DNA from: a virus | Taxonomy: Duplodnaviria; Caudoviricetes | Length of the DNA stretch: 64,000 nt | Virus record (IMG/VR): IMGVR_UViG_3300015214_000004 | Coordinates: 1 to 64,000 of that record | Reading direction: 5' to 3' (one strand) | Shown here: positions 16,489 to 26,782 of the stretch, in pieces | Position numbering within the stretch: the first letter of the stretch is position 1 | Layout: each line of letters begins with the position of its first letter | Notes under the pieces: model-generated | The model's input: the letters and a program-made list of their open reading frames with translations, nothing else | What the model was told of the DNA's origin: nothing | The model's database searches: none | Translations under genes and position numbers: made by a program

Positions 16489-16846
16489 CATAAAGAAGAT
16501 AATTGAAAAATCAAAAGAATCAGGGGAATTGCCTGACAGGACATTGTCAGTGATAGAAAAGATGATTAATTCAGATGGAGCGATTGTACAGGCTATACAG
16601 GAAGGGTATAATGAAATGAAGGAAAGCGGGGTAATGGAACAAATAAACAATGAAATAGATGATTTTTATGAGCACAAAGAACAAATTTATGTAGAGATGG
16701 TAAAATGTGCTTTTCAGATATATATTGGACGTGGTAAAGATGAAATGATAAAATACTTAGATGACAATTTTGACATATATCCAATTAGTGACCGGGAGAA
16801 AAAAGAAAGGGGAGAACTTTTAAAGTTACAATTTAAAGCTAAATGA
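16475..16846 (+). CDS. Hypothetical protein
   Basis: Operonic ORF. Confidence 0.5.
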   Translation: MKIIDIKKIIEKSKESGELPDRTLSVIEKMINSDGAIVQAIQEGYNEMKESGVMEQINNEIDDFYEHKEQIYVEMVKCAFQIYIGRGKDEMIKYLDDNFDIYPISDREKKERGELLKLQFKAK

Positions 16847-16991
16847 CAGAAGTTTTATTTCATAGGATCAGGAAGGCGGAGGAAATGTTTGTCTTGCTAA
16901 AGGATAAAAGTTCTATATTAAAAGAATTGTATGAAAAGGAATTAGGCGATTTGTATAATGAATTAATGTTTGATCAAAAAATAAAGGAATT

Positions 16992-17429
16992 ATGAAGTTG
17001 ACACAACCAAAGGTATTTGACATTGTTTGGAAATTATCTGGGGGAAGATCATTTATATCCGGGCTCCCGCTTACACAATATTACTGTGGAAAGTTTCATT
17101 ACAATATATTTGCCCATTGCCTTAGCAAATCCAAAACAAAATACCCTTTCTTTGAATTGTATATTGGAAACGTTTTTCCAATTACGCCCAGGGAGCATAA
17201 AATAATAGATCATGGACATGCAGGTCTCCTGGAAATGTATTCCAGAGAGATAAAAAATAAATATAATGGTAGATATGTTGTGGACTGGAACAAATGGGAC
17301 GAAAAAGAATCTGAGTTAATTGAACTATACAACCAATTGTTCCCTAAAATGAAAAACGGGATAATATGGAAGTATTCAAATCAAGAAGTTATGGATGTGA
17401 TTACTGAATTAAATAAAGGGTTTATTTGA
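16992..17429 (+). CDS. Hypothetical protein
   Basis: Last plus-strand ORF before the bidirectional terminator. Confidence 0.5.
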   Translation: MKLTQPKVFDIVWKLSGGRSFISGLPLTQYYCGKFHYNIFAHCLSKSKTKYPFFELYIGNVFPITPREHKIIDHGHAGLLEMYSREIKNKYNGRYVVDWNKWDEKESELIELYNQLFPKMKNGIIWKYSNQEVMDVITELNKGFI

Positions 17430-17452
17430 TATATCAAATGTATTTAAACAAA

Positions 17453-17483
17453 AAAAAGGGATACTGTAATAGTATCCCTTTTT
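17453..17483. terminator. Bidirectional terminator between convergent blocks
   Basis: AAAAAGGGATACT-GTAAT-AGTATCCCTTTTT. Confidence 0.85.
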
Positions 17484-17910
17484 ATTTATCAAACAAATAG
17501 CTGTAATTATACCTTCCTATCTCGTCCAAGAATTGAATAATGCCTGTGATGATTGACAGTTCAACAGGATTGTAACATTTATGATGTTTTGTTTTCCAGT
17601 AGCTTTTCATACCGAATAACAACCTGCTTACATACAAAGCATAGTTGTTTTCTCGGTGTTGTTTCCATATTAATGGAGGGTATTTTAAAATCATAATGTA
17701 CCCATCAAAAGAATACGGATAATGTTTCACTGGAAATAAACATTTACATGCAAACATAATTGGACATTTTGCTTCCAATAGTGTTTTCATTGCAGAATAT
17801 TTTTTTTCAAAATTGATATCAAGGAGAAAATCCATAATATCCATTTCTGTTTTTACCTCTACCATTAACGTTTCTGTTACTGGTAGCCTGATCCCTCCGA
17901 ATTCTTTCAT
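17482..17910 (-). CDS. Hypothetical protein
   Basis: Part of an overlapping minus-strand operon. Confidence 0.5.
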   Translation of the reverse strand: MKEFGGIRLPVTETLMVEVKTEMDIMDFLLDINFEKKYSAMKTLLEAKCPIMFACKCLFPVKHYPYSFDGYIMILKYPPLIWKQHRENNYALYVSRLLFGMKSYWKTKHHKCYNPVELSIITGIIQFLDEIGRYNYSYLFDK

Positions 17911-18179
17911 AAGTGTTTTTTAATAAACGAAAACAATTCGTCTAAAGTAAACCGTTTAATAAAGATATTTGAACTATCAGATAGTTCTATCCTTATTGTA
18001 CCAGATTCGTCTTCCTCGAAGACTATTTGTTTTGCACCTGATTTTAATTCTAACCAAAAACATGGTTTTCTATCTGTTATTTGACCTTTGTTGCTCCTTT
18101 GTGTCCTAATATGCATCGTTTTTGGCAATACCCTGCATTCGGGTGTTTTGCCTAAAATTTCATTATAAACTTTTGTCAT
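17907..18179 (-). CDS. Hypothetical protein
   Basis: ATGA-type overlaps with neighbours. Confidence 0.5.
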   Translation of the reverse strand: MTKVYNEILGKTPECRVLPKTMHIRTQRSNKGQITDRKPCFWLELKSGAKQIVFEEDESGTIRIELSDSSNIFIKRFTLDELFSFIKKHL

Positions 18180-18385
18180 AATACTGTTATTTTAGTTATG
18201 TAATTTGCTTTTGGCTCTGCTTTTGCAGATGTTACAATAACAAGCCTTTCGGTTGTTATCTTTCGTTTATGGTTACTTGCAATTGCAGTTATTTCCCTGT
18301 CTTGTTTATCAGAGTAAAAAACAGTACCGGGCTTTGCATTTGCAATTGCCCAGGCTTCGTATGTTATTATCTGTCCTTTTTTCAT
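18176..18385 (-). CDS. Hypothetical protein
   Basis: ATGA-type overlaps with neighbours. Confidence 0.5.
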   Translation of the reverse strand: MKKGQIITYEAWAIANAKPGTVFYSDKQDREITAIASNHKRKITTERLVIVTSAKAEPKANYITKITVL

Positions 18386-18612
18386 AATAATTCCAATTGT
18401 TTTGATTTTTGTTTAGAATGATATCTTTTATAAACGCAAGCTGCAATATATCCCTTGCAGCAGGACAAGAAGTTAAATTCCTTTCGTGGAATGTTCATGC
18501 CGGTAACAATAGCAATATATTTATCATTTATAAATACTATTGACCCAATTTTAAGGCCTGATTTATTGTCTATCAAGTCTATTCTATTGTTATATTTCTG
18601 TTCTGTGTACAT
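18382..18612 (-). CDS. Hypothetical protein
   Basis: ATGA-type overlap. Confidence 0.45.
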   Translation of the reverse strand: MYTEQKYNNRIDLIDNKSGLKIGSIVFINDKYIAIVTGMNIPRKEFNFLSCCKGYIAACVYKRYHSKQKSKQLELL

Positions 18613-18700
18613 AATAAAACAAAAAAAAACAGCCCGGTTCTACAAAATTATTGAATAACCTAAATAATCGGTTATGTTAATTTATCCGGACTGTATGTTT

Positions 18701-18901
18701 TTAATTTAATTCCATTACCGAATAACTGTCGCTCATCCTGACTACCTCGTTCTCCAACCATTCAACCATTTTAATGGCTTTTGGAAAACCAGAATCAATT
18801 GCATCGGCAACTATTTCAATTTTATTTTCAAGCTGGGAAAGAAATTCATTGTTCAAAATTGCCAATGCAACTATTTTAAAACGTTTTTCTAATGTTTTCA
18901 T
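18701..18901 (-). CDS. Hypothetical protein
   Basis: ATGA-type overlap. Confidence 0.5.
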   Translation of the reverse strand: MKTLEKRFKIVALAILNNEFLSQLENKIEIVADAIDSGFPKAIKMVEWLENEVVRMSDSYSVMELN

Positions 18902-19305
18902 TTTTTATTTTCATTTAATGTTTCAATTTCATTCCTTAAATAATTTATCTCACGTTGCAAATCGTCAATGGCATCACGTAGGTTTATTTTTTCATTCTGA
19001 AAGAAATTTAAATCAGAATAACCAAACACACGGTTAAACTTAACAATATCATCTCTTCGTCCGGTTATTACACATTTATTGACATGTGATTTGTCTTCAC
19101 CTATTATCTTTGCCGGTTCTTTTGAATAATCCATCTCGTTTTGATATTCCATTATATCAATAGACAATGGTTCATTATCAACAGCTATTGTTATTATGCC
19201 GTCATCATAAACAAAAATATTTTCATGTCCAACAACCGCAATCCTAACACCACATTCATGGTGTGATTTTTTAAATGATAAAATTTCGTATTTCATAACT
19301 TTCAA
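18898..19305 (-). CDS. Hypothetical protein
   Basis: Minus-strand operon ORF. Confidence 0.5.
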   Translation of the reverse strand: MKVMKYEILSFKKSHHECGVRIAVVGHENIFVYDDGIITIAVDNEPLSIDIMEYQNEMDYSKEPAKIIGEDKSHVNKCVITGRRDDIVKFNRVFGYSDLNFFQNEKINLRDAIDDLQREINYLRNEIETLNENKK

Positions 19306-19383
19306 TTTAATTGGTTAATAGCCCGCTAACCTCAACCGAATGAGCGTTTAATCTTGTTTCAAATAAAATTAGCGGAGAAAAAA

Positions 19384-19659
19384 TTATTCATAATGCATAT
19401 GATATAATGCATTATAATGTAATTGTTTTTCTGAATAAACAGTAAATCCTTCTTTCTCAAATTCTTTGATAAATTTATTTGCCTGTTTATTAGAGCGAAG
19501 GGGGCGAAATGAGTAGTTATTTCCTTTAATAGACTGTTTGCCTTTAGTTTTTAAATGACTAACAGGTATATATCTATTATACCACCACCCACCTTCTTCT
19601 GGACCACCGTACACACGTTCAATAGTGTAAGCTGTTAAATAAAATGATTGTGGTTTCAT
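19384..19659 (-). CDS. Hypothetical phage protein
   Basis: YGGPEEGGWWY motif, seen in small phage proteins. Confidence 0.55.
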   Translation of the reverse strand: MKPQSFYLTAYTIERVYGGPEEGGWWYNRYIPVSHLKTKGKQSIKGNNYSFRPLRSNKQANKFIKEFEKEGFTVYSEKQLHYNALYHMHYE

Positions 19660-19929
19660 AATTATAGTATTAATAAATAATTGTGCATTGCCTCAATCGA
19701 ATGATAACAACCCATGTTCCAGGTTGAACAATGCATGCAAATGCGCCATATCCTTTAGCCAGTTTAGCCATTAAATTATTGCTTCTTTCCATTGTCTCTC
19801 ACAATAAGCGATTAACTTACTCTTTCTGTTCGAGCATATTCAGACTTAGTGACATTGCTTGTAATCGCAGCCAGTGACCTCTATACTTTCAGGCTTGTTT
19901 CACAGACATTCAAAGAACAATTATATGTA

Positions 19930-20600
19930 AATCCTCTACAAATGTAAAACCAATAAAATTAATCTCCAAATAATTTTGAAAAAAAATTCAAATAAAATTG
20001 AAAATAGTTTTGTAAGCCTTGATAGATAAGCAATACAGAAAGCATAAAAAAATACAATAATACAATATAAAAGAGAGAAAGGGAGGGAAGAAAGGGAAAG
20101 GACCAGGGAAATATAATTAAACAATCAAGGAAAAAGAAATTAAGCAAAGAACCCAGGAAAGAAACCAAATATTAAAACCTCGTTGAGTTAATTGTTATAA
20201 TAAATAACAAATCTTGAAAGAAATAATAACAATTGCTATAAACAATAACATTTAAACATACAAAAAACGAACATGCAAAATAAGCCCATTTAAATGCGAT
20301 TTAAAGAACTTAGACAAAAAACCACACTATCTATCCAAAATAAACAAGCAAATCAAATACAAGCCAAATAACATATAATCAAGAAAAAGAAAAAAGGAAG
20401 AAAAGGGAGGGGGGGGGAGAATAAAAAAATGAAAGGCAAACTATATTACAAACATAGTTACTAATAAACAAAATTATTTATTAATTTCTAAACGTGTTAA
20501 TTATCAATATTATAAAAATTGTAACAATTCATATTAGTTTAGTAGGGATTAAATTAGATTATTTTTGTGTGTCCGTGTTAGAAATTATAGCAAAATATTG
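19930..20600. other. Long non-coding, A/purine-skewed low-complexity region
   Basis: Polypurine tracts at about 20070-20165 and 20380-20420; the ORFs in the track here are compositional artefacts. Confidence 0.6.
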
Positions 20601-20607
20601 CAAGAAA

Positions 20608-21165
20608 TTATTGCAATGTTCCGTTTTTAAGTGATAACAGCCTGTAAATAGAAGGTTTAGGAATGTTTAAATTTGTAGCAATGTAGTCTATTGTGTGCCT
20701 TTGTTTGCGTAATTTCATCACTTCTTTGATTGTTTTTTCTGTCCATTTGAAAGGAGGGCCAAGTTTTACACCCCTTGCTTTAGCCGCCTTTAAACCTGCT
20801 TTTGTGCGTTCAGATATTAAATTACGTTCAAACTCAGCAAATGCGGCAAATACTGTAAATATAAGTGTTCCCATTGCTGTTGTTGTATCAATATTATCTG
20901 TTACAGATATGAATTGAACGCCTTTATCCCTGAACATATTTATAATATTGATCAATTCTATTGTAGAACGTCCTAAACGATCTAATTTATATACCTTTAC
21001 AATGTCACCGCATTTTACTCTGTTAAGTAGTTTATTAAGCTCAGGACGATCTTTATGTTTACTACTTATTTTCTCTTGATACACTATATCACAGCCTTTT
21101 AAACTGTTCAATTGTAAATCTAAATTTTGCATTTCCGTAGAAACACGCGCATATCCGTAAATCAT
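20608..21165 (-). CDS. Serine recombinase (resolvase/invertase family)
   Basis: YGYARVST (catalytic Ser), DRPEL, KLDRLGRS, AEFERNLISERTKAGL and a C-terminal HTH. Confidence 0.95.
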   Translation of the reverse strand: MIYGYARVSTEMQNLDLQLNSLKGCDIVYQEKISSKHKDRPELNKLLNRVKCGDIVKVYKLDRLGRSTIELINIINMFRDKGVQFISVTDNIDTTTAMGTLIFTVFAAFAEFERNLISERTKAGLKAAKARGVKLGPPFKWTEKTIKEVMKLRKQRHTIDYIATNLNIPKPSIYRLLSLKNGTLQ

Positions 21166-21595
21166 ATCATTATTTATTTATTGCAAATATATCATAAATT
21201 GTTAATATACAACGCTAATACATTAATAATTATACAATATATCTTCATTTATGATAATTTGAACCCTGCTATTAATATACTGATCAAGGATGATAAAGCC
21301 CTGTAAATGCCAATAAATAAAAGGAAAATTAATAATTGAAAAGACAGGGGGTGGGGTCGGTAAATCGGGTTTTCCTTTGAGATATAGCCCCCCGAAATAG
21401 TAGCATTAAACTCCCTCTTACCCATGTGAGTGTACGATACGTGTGTGTATAAGCTAACATGTTACTGGTAGATAATTACCGTATTTGTAATAATGTGATT
21501 GTTATATTAATTAGGTATTGATTATTGTAAAAAAGTATAGATAAAGTTTGGAAAATAGAAAAAATAGGTTTTAATTTGTATCAAAAACGAACCAA

Positions 21596-21811
21596 ATGGT
21601 AGACAAGGACACCGGTAAGATAAACCGAATGGTTAAATTAGTAGAAATTAGGAAGCAACAAAAGCGGACGATATCGGATATTGCTTATGAGATAGGGGTG
21701 AACCCGGTAAGTTTATCGAGATATGAGAGGGGGATAAGGGAGGTTCCTTATAGTGTATATTTGAAGTATGCTGGGGTATTGGGATATGAAGTAAGGGAGA
21801 TATTAAAATAA
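21596..21811 (+). CDS. XRE-family HTH regulator
   Basis: IRKQQKRTISDIAYEIGVNPVSLSRYERG. Confidence 0.85.
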   Translation: MVDKDTGKINRMVKLVEIRKQQKRTISDIAYEIGVNPVSLSRYERGIREVPYSVYLKYAGVLGYEVREILK

Positions 21812-21824
21812 TAAATAAACGATT

Positions 21825-22172
21825 ATGAAAACTGATTTGCAAAATAACCTTATTGAATTGACAAAAAAAGAGATAACAGATTGTGAGAAAAAGTTATATG
21901 CCTTAAATCGATTATTATCGTTGTACACAAACGATTATTTAAAGGTTGATAATATCGTTAAGCGCTCAAATGCAGGAAGAAAGGCCAAATATGATTTTAG
22001 GGGCATGAAAGTTGGGGACAGGATTGTTTTAAGCAACAGTTACAGCCGGTATGATCATGCGAAATATGGAAATTATGCACGTAATTTTGCAAGAAAAAGC
22101 CCTGATTGTAAGCATTATAAATTTAGCACGATAAGGGAAGGTGATAAAATTATAACAATAAGGATTGCTTAG
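21825..22172 (+). CDS. Hypothetical protein
   Basis: KYDFRGMKVGD motif resembles small phage DNA-binding proteins. Confidence 0.5.
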   Translation: MKTDLQNNLIELTKKEITDCEKKLYALNRLLSLYTNDYLKVDNIVKRSNAGRKAKYDFRGMKVGDRIVLSNSYSRYDHAKYGNYARNFARKSPDCKHYKFSTIREGDKIITIRIA

Positions 22173-22292
22173 CGTAATTGAAATAATTAAAAAACAAAAT
22201 AACATGAATAAAATGGCAATAACAGAGAAGTTAAAACAGGCTATTACAGAGACGGTAAGGGAGATGTACTTATATCATTAATAAAATAAATT

Positions 22293-22862
22293 ATGGAAAA
22301 CTGGAAAGTATTGCCATTGTATGAGCCATATGCCACATTAGTAGTTCATGGTATTAAAAAAATAGAGACAAGGCCGTCAGCGACATCATGGGTTTATAAA
22401 AAAGATATTTATGGGAATGTTGTCAGTGGCAATTACCTGATATATTCTGCAAAGAAATGGGCAAGCGTACAGGAAAGGATATGTTACAGTGATTATTTTG
22501 CTGATGCTTTGCTTAAGTTGGGTATAATTGAGAAAAAAAGCACAGGATTGAGGTTAAACAAGGGGATGTTTAATTTTGGCAACATAATAGGGGCAGTTAA
22601 TGTAATTGAATGTAAAAAAATACACATTACTGATGGTCCGTTAAAATTAAACCCGCATTATTTTAACGGGCTTGACGAAAATAATAAAGTAAGCATTACT
22701 TACATCCATGAGCCAGAACTTTCATTTGGAGATTATCGGGGAGGAAGGTATGCATGGCTGCTGCAAAACGCAAGGATACTTGAAAAACCAATCCCTTACA
22801 AAGCACAACAGGGATATTATCAGAATTATCATGGTGATGTTTCGCAGTTAATATTTAAATAA
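22293..22862 (+). CDS. ASCH/PUA-like domain protein
   Basis: LYEPYATLVVHGIKKIETR, GNIIGAV, GRYAWLL and PIPYKAQQG. Confidence 0.85.
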   Translation: MENWKVLPLYEPYATLVVHGIKKIETRPSATSWVYKKDIYGNVVSGNYLIYSAKKWASVQERICYSDYFADALLKLGIIEKKSTGLRLNKGMFNFGNIIGAVNVIECKKIHITDGPLKLNPHYFNGLDENNKVSITYIHEPELSFGDYRGGRYAWLLQNARILEKPIPYKAQQGYYQNYHGDVSQLIFK

Positions 22863-23231
22863 AAATGGAGGATTACCTTATATTACAAAAAGAAGCTGAA
22901 TATTATTATAGGCAATACCGTGATGAAATACGTAAAAACGGTAGGAACGACATATCTGATGATTGGCATGACAAATACCATTATAGTAAAGTAAAAATGG
23001 GTTATATTAAAATTATGAATAATTTAGTATTTGAACTGTTATGAAAGAGAAGTCATTTAATGAAAACCTGACAGAACTGCAATGTGAGGATTGTGGTAGG
23101 TGGATATGGGAGAACGACCCGTATTATTTAATTGACGGTGATAAAATAGTATGCACTAATTGTGCGATGGATTATAAATAGAATCAATCAATTGATCTTA
23201 TATTTAGAAAACAATTAAAATAAAGAAAATT

Positions 23232-23786
23232 ATGTGGAAATATGTTGTAACGTGGTGTATTGCATACACATCAATAACAAGCCCCCCTCCTTCTTATGAC
23301 CAATGGGGCAGAATGTTAAACAATAATAGTTTAGTTTTGAATACTGAAATAAATTATGATTGTAATAATAAGAAAGCATTTTATGATCATGATAGTGCGT
23401 ATTTATTTTATCAAGAAACATTAAATGAAATTGATCGTAATCCTGGATTTCCGAATTTGTTTATTTACTCAGATTATGATGGAATAATAAGTAGTTGTAA
23501 AATTGATAGTGAATATGTAGACACGTCACTATATGGTGTGTTAATGGGAAACGATTCATTGTTTCTATCTATATTATGGGACACATTATCTTTCTATTCA
23601 TTACGCATCGATATACAACCGGACACATTAAAAGCAGAAATATTGATATCATGCAAGCCTGTTGTTTGTGTTATAGACGGGTACATTATTGATGGATGGG
23701 ACGGATATGTGTTTTATGACGAAAACTGGAATGAAATAGAGGAATATAAAATTTGGGATTATAAAATAAATTATGAGGTCAAATGA
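23232..23786 (+). CDS. Hypothetical, probably exported protein
   Basis: Hydrophobic N-terminus and four D-S/T-(A/L) motifs. Confidence 0.45.
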   Translation: MWKYVVTWCIAYTSITSPPPSYDQWGRMLNNNSLVLNTEINYDCNNKKAFYDHDSAYLFYQETLNEIDRNPGFPNLFIYSDYDGIISSCKIDSEYVDTSLYGVLMGNDSLFLSILWDTLSFYSLRIDIQPDTLKAEILISCKPVVCVIDGYIIDGWDGYVFYDENWNEIEEYKIWDYKINYEVK

Positions 23787-24150
23787 CTGGTATAATAAAC
23801 ATCGTTGGAGGTTAAAGCATGGATATGCTGAAACGGATAATTATTTAATAGCTGAATTAATTGACACGCAATGGAGTGAAAGGTTTGAACATCTGATGAG
23901 AAACAGGCTTGTAATGGGCGCACTTAGATACAGTCGTTTGTTGGGCAGTAATGAACCGAACAGGACAGGCTTAAAGTGGGTAGAATCTGCTATTAAAAGG
24001 CTAAACAACTACATGATAAGCGGTAACACAGAAAACCTTGTAGATGCAGCAAACCTATGCCTTTTAGAATTTGAAAAAGGAATACACTATAAAAAACATT
24101 TCTTGAGCATAGACGATGGAGATCATGTTGAAGTTGTACAAATAATGTAG
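23773..24150 (+). CDS. Hypothetical protein, possibly MazG-like all-alpha NTP pyrophosphohydrolase
   Basis: ENLVDAANLCLLEF helix; the assignment is weak. Confidence 0.35.
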   Translation: MRSNDWYNKHRWRLKHGYAETDNYLIAELIDTQWSERFEHLMRNRLVMGALRYSRLLGSNEPNRTGLKWVESAIKRLNNYMISGNTENLVDAANLCLLEFEKGIHYKKHFLSIDDGDHVEVVQIM

Positions 24151-24169
24151 TTCAATAAATATTATTTAT

Positions 24170-24721
24170 ATGATAGACATTTCACAAAAATTAATCGAGA
24201 CAACTATTAAAAATAGCTATTTTGAAAAGAAAAGGGACTATGTTTCAATGTCAAACGCATCCCTTTCAGTTGATGAACTGATAAGCCAATATTTTAATGG
24301 ATTTGAATATTCTGAAAATATAGCTTTAAAATGTTATAAAGGTTATCAAATGGAATCAGACCTAAGGACCAGGATAATGTCATGTTTCCATGAAGAATGC
24401 CTGTTGGGATATGAACTTAAGGCATTTGACGGGATTGTCAAGGGCCATCCAGATTTATGGATATTCAATATGCCAGGTGACATAAAAAGTGTCCTTATGG
24501 ATGAATGGATGCCGAAAAACGGTAAATTGCCCAAAAAAGTATACTGGCAGATGCAAGCATACATGCTTTTTTCTAATAGGAATCAATCAGTTGTTGTTTA
24601 TGAATCAAGGGAAACTGGTTTGATAAATCATTTTTATCTGCGTGAGAACAAAATCGTACAGAAGGAAATATATGATAAATTTGAAACAGTAGTAAAAACA
24701 ATAAAAAACAATAACCAATGA
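24170..24721 (+). CDS. Cas4-like PD-(D/E)xK exonuclease
   Basis: KGHPDL..DIKS..WQMQAYM, located next to ssb. Confidence 0.75.
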   Translation: MIDISQKLIETTIKNSYFEKKRDYVSMSNASLSVDELISQYFNGFEYSENIALKCYKGYQMESDLRTRIMSCFHEECLLGYELKAFDGIVKGHPDLWIFNMPGDIKSVLMDEWMPKNGKLPKKVYWQMQAYMLFSNRNQSVVVYESRETGLINHFYLRENKIVQKEIYDKFETVVKTIKNNNQ

Positions 24722-25164
24722 ACAAAGCAATTTTAGTAGGAAGGGTAGGTACAGACCCGGATGTTAGATACCTGCAAAACGACAACATGGTGGCCAATTT
24801 TTCGCTTGCCACATCAGAAACGAAAAAAGACGCATCAGGGACAAAGTATCAGGAAACCGACTGGCATAAAATTGTCTTATGGAAACATCTGGCAAAACTG
24901 GCAGAGCAGTTTGTCCATAAAGGTGATTTGATAAGCATAACCGGAATGATCAAATACAGGTCATATGAAGGAAAAGACGGTATAAAAAAATACACGACAG
25001 AGATAGTGGCCAACGAACTGGAATTCCTTGGGAAGTCAAAAGAAAATGGAGGTTCAAAAGAGACAAAACCACAGATATCGCCTGAGAACGAATATGCCTC
25101 CGGGTATAACACTGGTAAAAAAGATGATTATATTGATGATGGAGATGATCTACCTTTTAATTAA
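24718..25164 (+). CDS. ssb: Single-stranded DNA-binding protein
   Basis: NKAILVGRVGTDPDVRY, ETDWH and acidic tail DDLPF. Confidence 0.97.
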   Translation: MNKAILVGRVGTDPDVRYLQNDNMVANFSLATSETKKDASGTKYQETDWHKIVLWKHLAKLAEQFVHKGDLISITGMIKYRSYEGKDGIKKYTTEIVANELEFLGKSKENGGSKETKPQISPENEYASGYNTGKKDDYIDDGDDLPFN

Positions 25165-25245
25165 GGGTTTAGCGTAATCCCGTAAAAACAAAACGCTACC
25201 ATTTTAAATTACCGTTTTAAATTGTTTTATTTGCAATAAAAAATC

Positions 25246-25764
25246 ATGAAGATATGTTTTAAATGCAATGAGTTAAAGCCGTTATCTGAATATTATGTTC
25301 ATAAACAAATGAGTGATGGCCATTTGAATAAATGTAAAGAATGTACTAAAAAAGATGCTGATAAGAGAGAGAAGGAGTTAAGAAAAAATCCAGAATGGGT
25401 TAAATGTGAAAAAACAAGGTCAAGAGAAAAGTATCATCGTTTAAATTACAAAGAAAAACATAAACCAAATAAGGCATATAAAAGACAGGTTATAGATTGT
25501 TACAAAAATAAATATCCAGAAAAATATAAAGCACATATAAAAAGCCAAAGGATTAAAACCCCAGATGGAAAAGAAAAACATCATTGGTCTTATAATGATA
25601 ATCACTTGACTGATATAATTTATTTAACCAACATTGAGCATAATAAAGCTCATAGGTATATGATATATGACCAAGAACGAAAAATGTATAGAAAATTAGA
25701 TGGTGTTTTGTTAGACACAAAAGAAAAACATATTTATTATATAAATAATTTACCAGATGATTAA
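25246..25764 (+). CDS. Zn-finger/HNH endonuclease-like protein
   Basis: CFKC..CKEC zinc motif and HHWSYN..EHNKAH. Confidence 0.75.
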   Translation: MKICFKCNELKPLSEYYVHKQMSDGHLNKCKECTKKDADKREKELRKNPEWVKCEKTRSREKYHRLNYKEKHKPNKAYKRQVIDCYKNKYPEKYKAHIKSQRIKTPDGKEKHHWSYNDNHLTDIIYLTNIEHNKAHRYMIYDQERKMYRKLDGVLLDTKEKHIYYINNLPDD

Positions 25765-25806
25765 ATAGTTTATTAACAACTTTATTAACAAATTAAATTA
25801 AAATTT

Positions 25807-26241
25807 ATGAAACGTGAACAAATCACAATCTTAGGATGCAAAGTAGGAAAAAGCATAAGCATGACTTACTTCCACATTGCAGAAAGCAAAAACTACACAG
25901 TAGAAAACGATGAAACGCCACACCCGGATTTAATGAAAGCGCTACATGCGTTTAACGTTGACCTGGCCGAATCGTTCCATGTGTCCGGTAACGATGTTGA
26001 CAATTATAAAGCCACTGGTTTTATAATACATGAAAAGAAAGGAAATTTCTATGTTACAATAACTGGAAAAGTTGTCACTGCGCACGAAGCGACTGTTGGC
26101 ATATCGTCTGGACAGATACCGTACAATGCCAATGGGGACATTATGAACAATGAAATGGAAGAAAAGCTGCTTGATATGAGGGAAGCCTTGTTCCAATACA
26201 TGTTTGAAGGTGTTGGTGCGCAACAAAAAATTCCTTTCTAA
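25807..26241 (+). CDS. Hypothetical protein
   Basis: Clean ORF with A-rich leader. Confidence 0.55.
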   Translation: MKREQITILGCKVGKSISMTYFHIAESKNYTVENDETPHPDLMKALHAFNVDLAESFHVSGNDVDNYKATGFIIHEKKGNFYVTITGKVVTAHEATVGISSGQIPYNANGDIMNNEMEEKLLDMREALFQYMFEGVGAQQKIPF

Positions 26242-26385
26242 GAAGAAAAAAAAGAAAAAACTAAAAAATAACTTGACTTATATGTAACAATTATCGTAAA
26301 TTTACGTTGTTATATGTATGGATTTTTTTTCATGGTTTAGTTAGTAGCAGGTTTTTTAAAGTTATCAGTATTTAATTAAGGGTCT

Positions 26386-26420
26386 GGGGCGGTAACAAAA
26401 TTACCGCCCCCTTCTTTTTT
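26386..26420 (+). terminator. Intrinsic terminator
   Basis: GGGGCGGTAA..TTACCGCCCC followed by a T-run. Confidence 0.75.
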
Positions 26421-26459
26421 GCAAAAAATTGATTATATTTGAATTATAATGTTCGTTGA

Positions 26460-26755
26460 TATTAAATAGAAAGTATGTTTGGACGAGGGTTCGATTCCCT
26501 CCGGCTCCACCATGCCATTTAAGATGATGCTGGGTAGCGCCCAGATGATTTTAGGAGATTTCGGGGAAGCCTAAAAGAGAACAACAAAAATAGACGAGGG
26601 GGCAAAAAAATGCGTTTTACCTCATCTGCCCGTCCAGGGGCCGACATGGTTTTGACAGCGTATAAGTATGTTTGAAGTAGAACATTATAGCCTATAAACG
26701 GCAAAACAATTGAAATGTTTAACCAACAGCTTAGAGCAGTGGGTTAACAAGTCCT
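26460..26755 (+). ncRNA. ssrA: Circularly permuted (two-piece) tmRNA
   Basis: The acceptor piece (GGAC-GAGGGTTCGATTCCCTC-CGGCTCC-A-CCA, ending 26512) comes before GGGGCCG..TTTTGAC (from 26637). G3.U70 pair present. Tag frame 26700-26747 encodes GKTIEMFNQQLRAVG. Confidence 0.85.
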
Positions 26756-26782
26756 CCGGGGAACTAAATCCCCGGTTTTTTT
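26756..26782 (+). terminator. tmRNA terminator
   Basis: CCGGGGA..TCCCCGG followed by a T-run. Confidence 0.8.

Noticed and set aside
19800-19915. Twister-like GATTACAAGC in a possible minus-strand leader RNA
   Set aside because: I could not assemble the remaining ribozyme stems and pseudoknots by eye; it needs an Infernal search.
19916-19929. Third AAC-NN-TTATATGTA (attI-like) match
   Set aside because: No cassette or hairpin adjoins it, it overlaps a minus-strand promoter/leader, and the motif is AT-rich enough to occur by chance. Worth including only as a binding control.
19936-20168. Hydrophobic minus-strand ORFs
   Set aside because: Translations of polypurine low-complexity DNA.
24170-24721. 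Cas4-like gene as part of a CRISPR system
   Set aside because: It is a solo PD-(D/E)xK nuclease next to ssb, a common phage replication context, with no array or other cas genes.
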